From an uncultured Acidobacteriota bacterium (GTDB lineage: Bacteria; Acidobacteriota; Terriglobia; Acidiferrales; UBA7541), in contig CAWBIY010000001.1 of NCBI GenBank assembly GCA_963788915.1, positions 16,470-80,469 on the forward strand: a DNA stretch of 64,000 bases, read 5' to 3'. The first letter of the stretch is position 1, and the number at the start of each line of letters is the position of its first letter. The translations under genes were made by a program, and so were the position numbers. Positions 60,072-64,000 of this stretch are shown here, piece by piece. The notes below the pieces were generated by a model. It saw only the letters and a list, made by a program, of their open reading frames with translations. It was not told the origin of the DNA and ran no database searches.

Positions 60072-62828
60072 ATGCTTACGGCAGAACAGCAGCGGTTAGA
60101 TGATGCGCGACTGGAAAAATTTGCGTGGAAGAAATGGGGACCCTATCTCAGTGAACGACAGTGGGGCACGGTCCGCGAGGACTATAGCGAGAACGGTGAC
60201 GCCTGGAATTTTTTCACCCATGATCAGGCTCGATCGCGAGCCTACCGTTGGGGGGAAGACGGATTAGCCGGCATTTCCGATGACAAACAACACCTCTGCT
60301 TTGCGCTGGCGTTATGGAACGGCAAGGATCCAATCCTGAAGGAACGCCTCTTCGGATTGACCAACAGCGAGGGCAACCACGGAGAGGATGTAAAGGAGTA
60401 CTACTTCTACCTCGACAGCACCCCGACGCACTCCTACATGAAGTATCTTTACAAGTACCCGCAGGCGGCGTATCCCTACGCCGATCTAGTGGCGACGAAT
60501 CGGCGTCGTTCCAAGAACGAGATGGAGTATGAACTGCTCGACACCGGTGTCTTCGAGGAGGACCGGTATTTCGATGTCTTTGTGGAATATGCTAAAGACG
60601 GACCGGAAGACATCCTTGTGCGAATCACTGCAGCCAACCGAGGACCCGGGGCGGCAGAACTGCATCTGTTGCCGACGTTGTGGTTTAGGAATGATTGGTC
60701 ACCGTGGATTGCCGAATCAAATAGGGCTCCTAAGAAACCAAACCTCAGTCAGATCGAGGCATCGGCGGGCACGAGTGCGGTTGCAGCGACGCACCCGCTG
60801 CTCGGAGAATTCGTCCTTTCCTGCGAAAGCGAGGTGCCGCTGTTCTTCACCGAGAATGAAACTAACCACGAGCGGCTTTTCCCTGGTCAAAAGAACGAGA
60901 GCCGCTACGTCAAGGACGGCATCAACGACTACGTGCTGCAGGGTAACCAGGGTGCGGTGAACCCTGGAAAGCTAGGCACCAAAGTTGCAGCGCACTATCG
61001 ACTGATGGTGGGTCCCCGACAGTCAGCCGCAGTGCGGCTGCGTCTGACCAACCAGACCGATGCAGGTAAGAGTGGAACAAGCAAAACCACCGCATCCAGC
61101 TTCGGCACAGAGTTTGACAGGATCCTGACCGCTCGGATTCAGGAGGCAGATGACTTCTACCGTTCTGTGACGCCACCTTCGGTCTCCCCGGACGCGGCCA
61201 AGGTGATGCGCCAGGCTATCGCCGGCATGCTCTGGAGCAAGCAGTTCTTCTTCTTTGACGGCGATAACTGGCTAGACGAGCACAAGTCCAACCCACTCCA
61301 TACCGGATATCGAAATTCCCGGAACTCGGAGTGGTACCACTTGCTGAACCAGGACATCATCTCCATGCCCGACAAGTGGGAATACCCTTGGTACGCGGCC
61401 TGGGACCTGGCTTTCCACACGCTCCCGCTCTCCATCGTTGATCCTGACTTCGCCAAGGAACAGATGGAGCTGATGCTCCGCGCCCTCTACTTGCACCCCA
61501 ACGGCCAGATGCCCGCATACGAGTGGAATTTCAGCGACGTTAACCCCCCAGTCCACGCTTTCGCGACTCTCTTTTTGCACAGGACCGAACAGGCCCTACA
61601 CGGCAAGACAGACCTCGATTTCCTTAAGACGACGTTCAGGAAGCTATTGATGAACTTCACCTGGTGGGTGAACCGCAAGGACCGTTTCGGCAAGAACGTG
61701 TTCGAGGGGGGCTTTCTCGGCCTCGACAACATCGGCGTGTTCGATCGCAGCGCGCCGCTTCCCACCGGCGGCCATCTGGAGCAAGCAGACGGCACAGCGT
61801 GGATGGCCCTTTTCACACAGAACATGATTGAGCTCGCATTTGAACTTACCCTCCATGACCCCACCTACGAGGACATGATCACGAAGTTCGTCGAGCACTT
61901 GTTCTACATCGGCGCAGCCATGAACCAGCCCGGTCAAGACGGGATGTGGGACGAGGAGGACGGTTTCTACTACGATCTGCTGCGGCTCCCGGACGGCAGC
62001 GCGACGCGTCTCAAGGTCCGCTCGATGGTCGGACTCCTGCCCGTATGCGCGACGACAATTGTCGAGGCCAGTGCCCGAGAGCGCGCTCCGCGAGCAACTG
62101 TCCAGCTCGAGGCACGTCGGCGTCGGATGCCCGAACTCCTGAAGTACATGCATCCCACGGGCCCGGGACACTTTGGCGTGGCGGAGAGGGGGATTATGGC
62201 TCTAGTGAACCAGGAGCGGCTCCGCCGGATCCTTACAAAGATGCTCGACGAAAACGAGTTCTTGAGCCCTTATGGCATCCGCTCGCTTTCCAAGTTCCAC
62301 GAGCAACACCCGTACATCTTCCATTCGGGTGGCCAGGAGCACCGAGTGGATTACCTGCCGGCAGAGTCCAACACGGGCATGTTCGGCGGGAATTCCAACT
62401 GGCGCGGTCCGGTCTGGATGCCGGTGAATGCGCTCATCATCCGGGCGCTGCTGAACTTCTATTTGTACTATGGCGACAGCTTCAAAATTGAGTGTCCCAC
62501 AGGGTCCGGCAAGCTGATGAACCTCTTTGAGGTCAGCAAGGAGATCGCGAACCGACTCACCCGGATCTTCTTGCGCGACGACCATGGCCGGCGACCCGTC
62601 TATGGCGGCACGGAAAAGTTCCAGAGCGATCCGTTCTGGCGAGACAACATCTACTTCTTTGAATTCTTCCATGGCGACAATGGTGCCGGGTTGGGCGCCA
62701 GTCACCAGACCGGCTGGACCGGACTCGTGGCCAAGATCATCCAGATCTACGGATTCATTGATGCCAAGCGGCTGCTGGAAGTAGGCAGACAGGCCGGGAT
62801 CACTGAGAAAGCTCGCGCCGCTGGGTAG
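60072..62828 (+). CDS. MGH1-like (GH63-related) glycoside hydrolase
   Basis: [47 protein letters not shown]. Confidence 0.9.
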   Translation: MLTAEQQRLDDARLEKFAWKKWGPYLSERQWGTVREDYSENGDAWNFFTHDQARSRAYRWGEDGLAGISDDKQHLCFALALWNGKDPILKERLFGLTNSEGNHGEDVKEYYFYLDSTPTHSYMKYLYKYPQAAYPYADLVATNRRRSKNEMEYELLDTGVFEEDRYFDVFVEYAKDGPEDILVRITAANRGPGAAELHLLPTLWFRNDWSPWIAESNRAPKKPNLSQIEASAGTSAVAATHPLLGEFVLSCESEVPLFFTENETNHERLFPGQKNESRYVKDGINDYVLQGNQGAVNPGKLGTKVAAHYRLMVGPRQSAAVRLRLTNQTDAGKSGTSKTTASSFGTEFDRILTARIQEADDFYRSVTPPSVSPDAAKVMRQAIAGMLWSKQFFFFDGDNWLDEHKSNPLHTGYRNSRNSEWYHLLNQDIISMPDKWEYPWYAAWDLAFHTLPLSIVDPDFAKEQMELMLRALYLHPNGQMPAYEWNFSDVNPPVHAFATLFLHRTEQALHGKTDLDFLKTTFRKLLMNFTWWVNRKDRFGKNVFEGGFLGLDNIGVFDRSAPLPTGGHLEQADGTAWMALFTQNMIELAFELTLHDPTYEDMITKFVEHLFYIGAAMNQPGQDGMWDEEDGFYYDLLRLPDGSATRLKVRSMVGLLPVCATTIVEASARERAPRATVQLEARRRRMPELLKYMHPTGPGHFGVAERGIMALVNQERLRRILTKMLDENEFLSPYGIRSLSKFHEQHPYIFHSGGQEHRVDYLPAESNTGMFGGNSNWRGPVWMPVNALIIRALLNFYLYYGDSFKIECPTGSGKLMNLFEVSKEIANRLTRIFLRDDHGRRPVYGGTEKFQSDPFWRDNIYFFEFFHGDNGAGLGASHQTGWTGLVAKIIQIYGFIDAKRLLEVGRQAGITEKARAAG

Positions 62829-62956
62829 AAAGGGCGAGAGGAATAAGCCGAACGGAGGGGAGGGCGGCCCGTTTCCTTAGGTCAATGACTTGGCCTGCGA
62901 CGCGACACTATCGTGACGGTGCTGGCGTCGGGAGTTAGCCGTGCTCTCGCCGCAGA

Positions 62957-63568
62957 CTATTGTTTAAAAACTGGGGGAGGCCCGCTGACTCGTTTTCCCT
63001 TGAGGTCGACACTCACCTCGACGCGGTCGGCAATCTTGATGAAGGGAATGCCGCTGTTCATACCAAACTCCTTGCGGTCGAAGGCCATTGTCCCTGTAAC
63101 GCTACCCACACCTTTCCCTCTGTCGGGAGTCGTAAACGCCAGCGTCTCGGGCTTGGCGACCCCACGGATAGTGAACGTTCCTGGGAGTTCAAATGTGGTC
63201 GGACCAGTCTGCACGACCTTGTCTGAGTGAAACGTGATGTATGGGTCATCTTTGGCGTTGAAGAAGTCTTTGCTTCGCAACTTGCCATCCTTCGTCCCGC
63301 TTCCGGTATTCACACTGTCAGCGTGAATCTTGATGTCCAGAACGCCAGTCGTACCATCCGTAGACGGAAATGTGAGCGTAGCCTCCCATTTGTCGAATTT
63401 GCCCTCGATAGCCACCGATGCCTTAACGGAGAAGTGAACGGCGCTTCCTTCTTGCTCAATTACGAAAACAGGGACTTGTGCTTGAGTCAATGACGGGATC
63501 AGGGCAGACGCTAAGAGGCAAAGGACCGCTATCGGCAGATTGCTCCGTGTGAACTTTTCTTGCTTCAT
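62957..63568 (-). CDS. YceI-family protein
   Basis: S.V.FSV...G.F; SVNTG....D..LRS.DFF; FDRKEFG. Confidence 0.88.
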   Translation of the reverse strand: MKQEKFTRSNLPIAVLCLLASALIPSLTQAQVPVFVIEQEGSAVHFSVKASVAIEGKFDKWEATLTFPSTDGTTGVLDIKIHADSVNTGSGTKDGKLRSKDFFNAKDDPYITFHSDKVVQTGPTTFELPGTFTIRGVAKPETLAFTTPDRGKGVGSVTGTMAFDRKEFGMNSGIPFIKIADRVEVSVDLKGKRVSGPPPVFKQ

Positions 63569-63792
63569 CTATGTTCCTCCTCAAATTGGTGGTTTGGTTC
63601 AGCGGCGTATACTTCCGCTCCGGGCCTAGCAATTTTAGGCAAAGCAAACGCGGGCGGACAGGAAATGACAGGCGAAAATAACAGTGTGCCTCGTCGTTTG
63701 ACCCGTTTGCAAGGGCGACCCTACGCCGTAACCCCGGCGAGACTCAAAGGAACGGGTTGCACCTCAACTCCATCCCGAATTGGTTTCCGGTG

Positions 63793-64000
63793 CTAACGCT
63801 CAATGCGACCCTTCAACAACAGTCTTTTTATTTCATCCTTACCCAAAATCTCAATCAGTCCTTTAGCAAAAAAGAACGGAATTAACACCACAAACATAAG
63901 CAGCATGGTAGCGAAGACATCCCTTGGGTCCGCTACCGTTTCGGAAAAGCTTGCGGCAAAAGACTGACCGTGCCAGACCTTGACCAACGCTTCCTCAAGA
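63793..64000 (-). CDS. Membrane protein, C-terminal part (5' end outside the window)
   Basis: Hydrophobic ...MFVVLIPFFFAKGL.EILG ending at the stop at 63793. Confidence 0.5.
   Translation of the reverse strand, partial: LEEALVKVWHGQSFAASFSETVADPRDVFATMLLMFVVLIPFFFAKGLIEILGKDEIKRLLLKGRIER

Noticed and set aside
1-64000. CRISPR arrays, cas genes, rRNA, complete tRNAs, phage structural genes
   Set aside because: None recognisable by eye

Overview
Acidobacteria-like DNA, judged from an ADOP permease/PadR pair, typical acidobacterial small-protein families and a GTTC-N7-GTTC LexA box. Most of the window (about 3.3-57 kb) is an accessory, heavily decayed mosaic. Notable elements: (1) a triple-nested group II intron at about 7.88-11.73 kb; (2) a dispersed family of about 30-bp imperfect dyad sites (AGTCCTGGTAA-spacer-(T/A)(T/A)ACCGGACAAGT) between unrelated genes, repeatedly hit by two IS110/IS1111 subfamilies whose 3' non-coding regions carry 10-11-nt segments matching, and co-varying with, their insertion junctions (bridge/seekRNA logic); (3) a large NHL/Ig-like surface protein between about 290-bp direct repeats; (4) a broken tyrosine integrase next to a tRNA-fMet 3' fragment (att site); (5) an arsenic cluster (arsC, arsR, MIP channel, arsC, arsR, arsM) with a linked pstS sharing a palindromic operator; (6) an IS1202-family element with an 18-bp target duplication. 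The right end holds intact envelope/metabolic genes (L,D-transpeptidase, MGH1-like glucosidase, YceI). No rRNA, full tRNA or CRISPR array was seen. All calls were made by eye without database searches.
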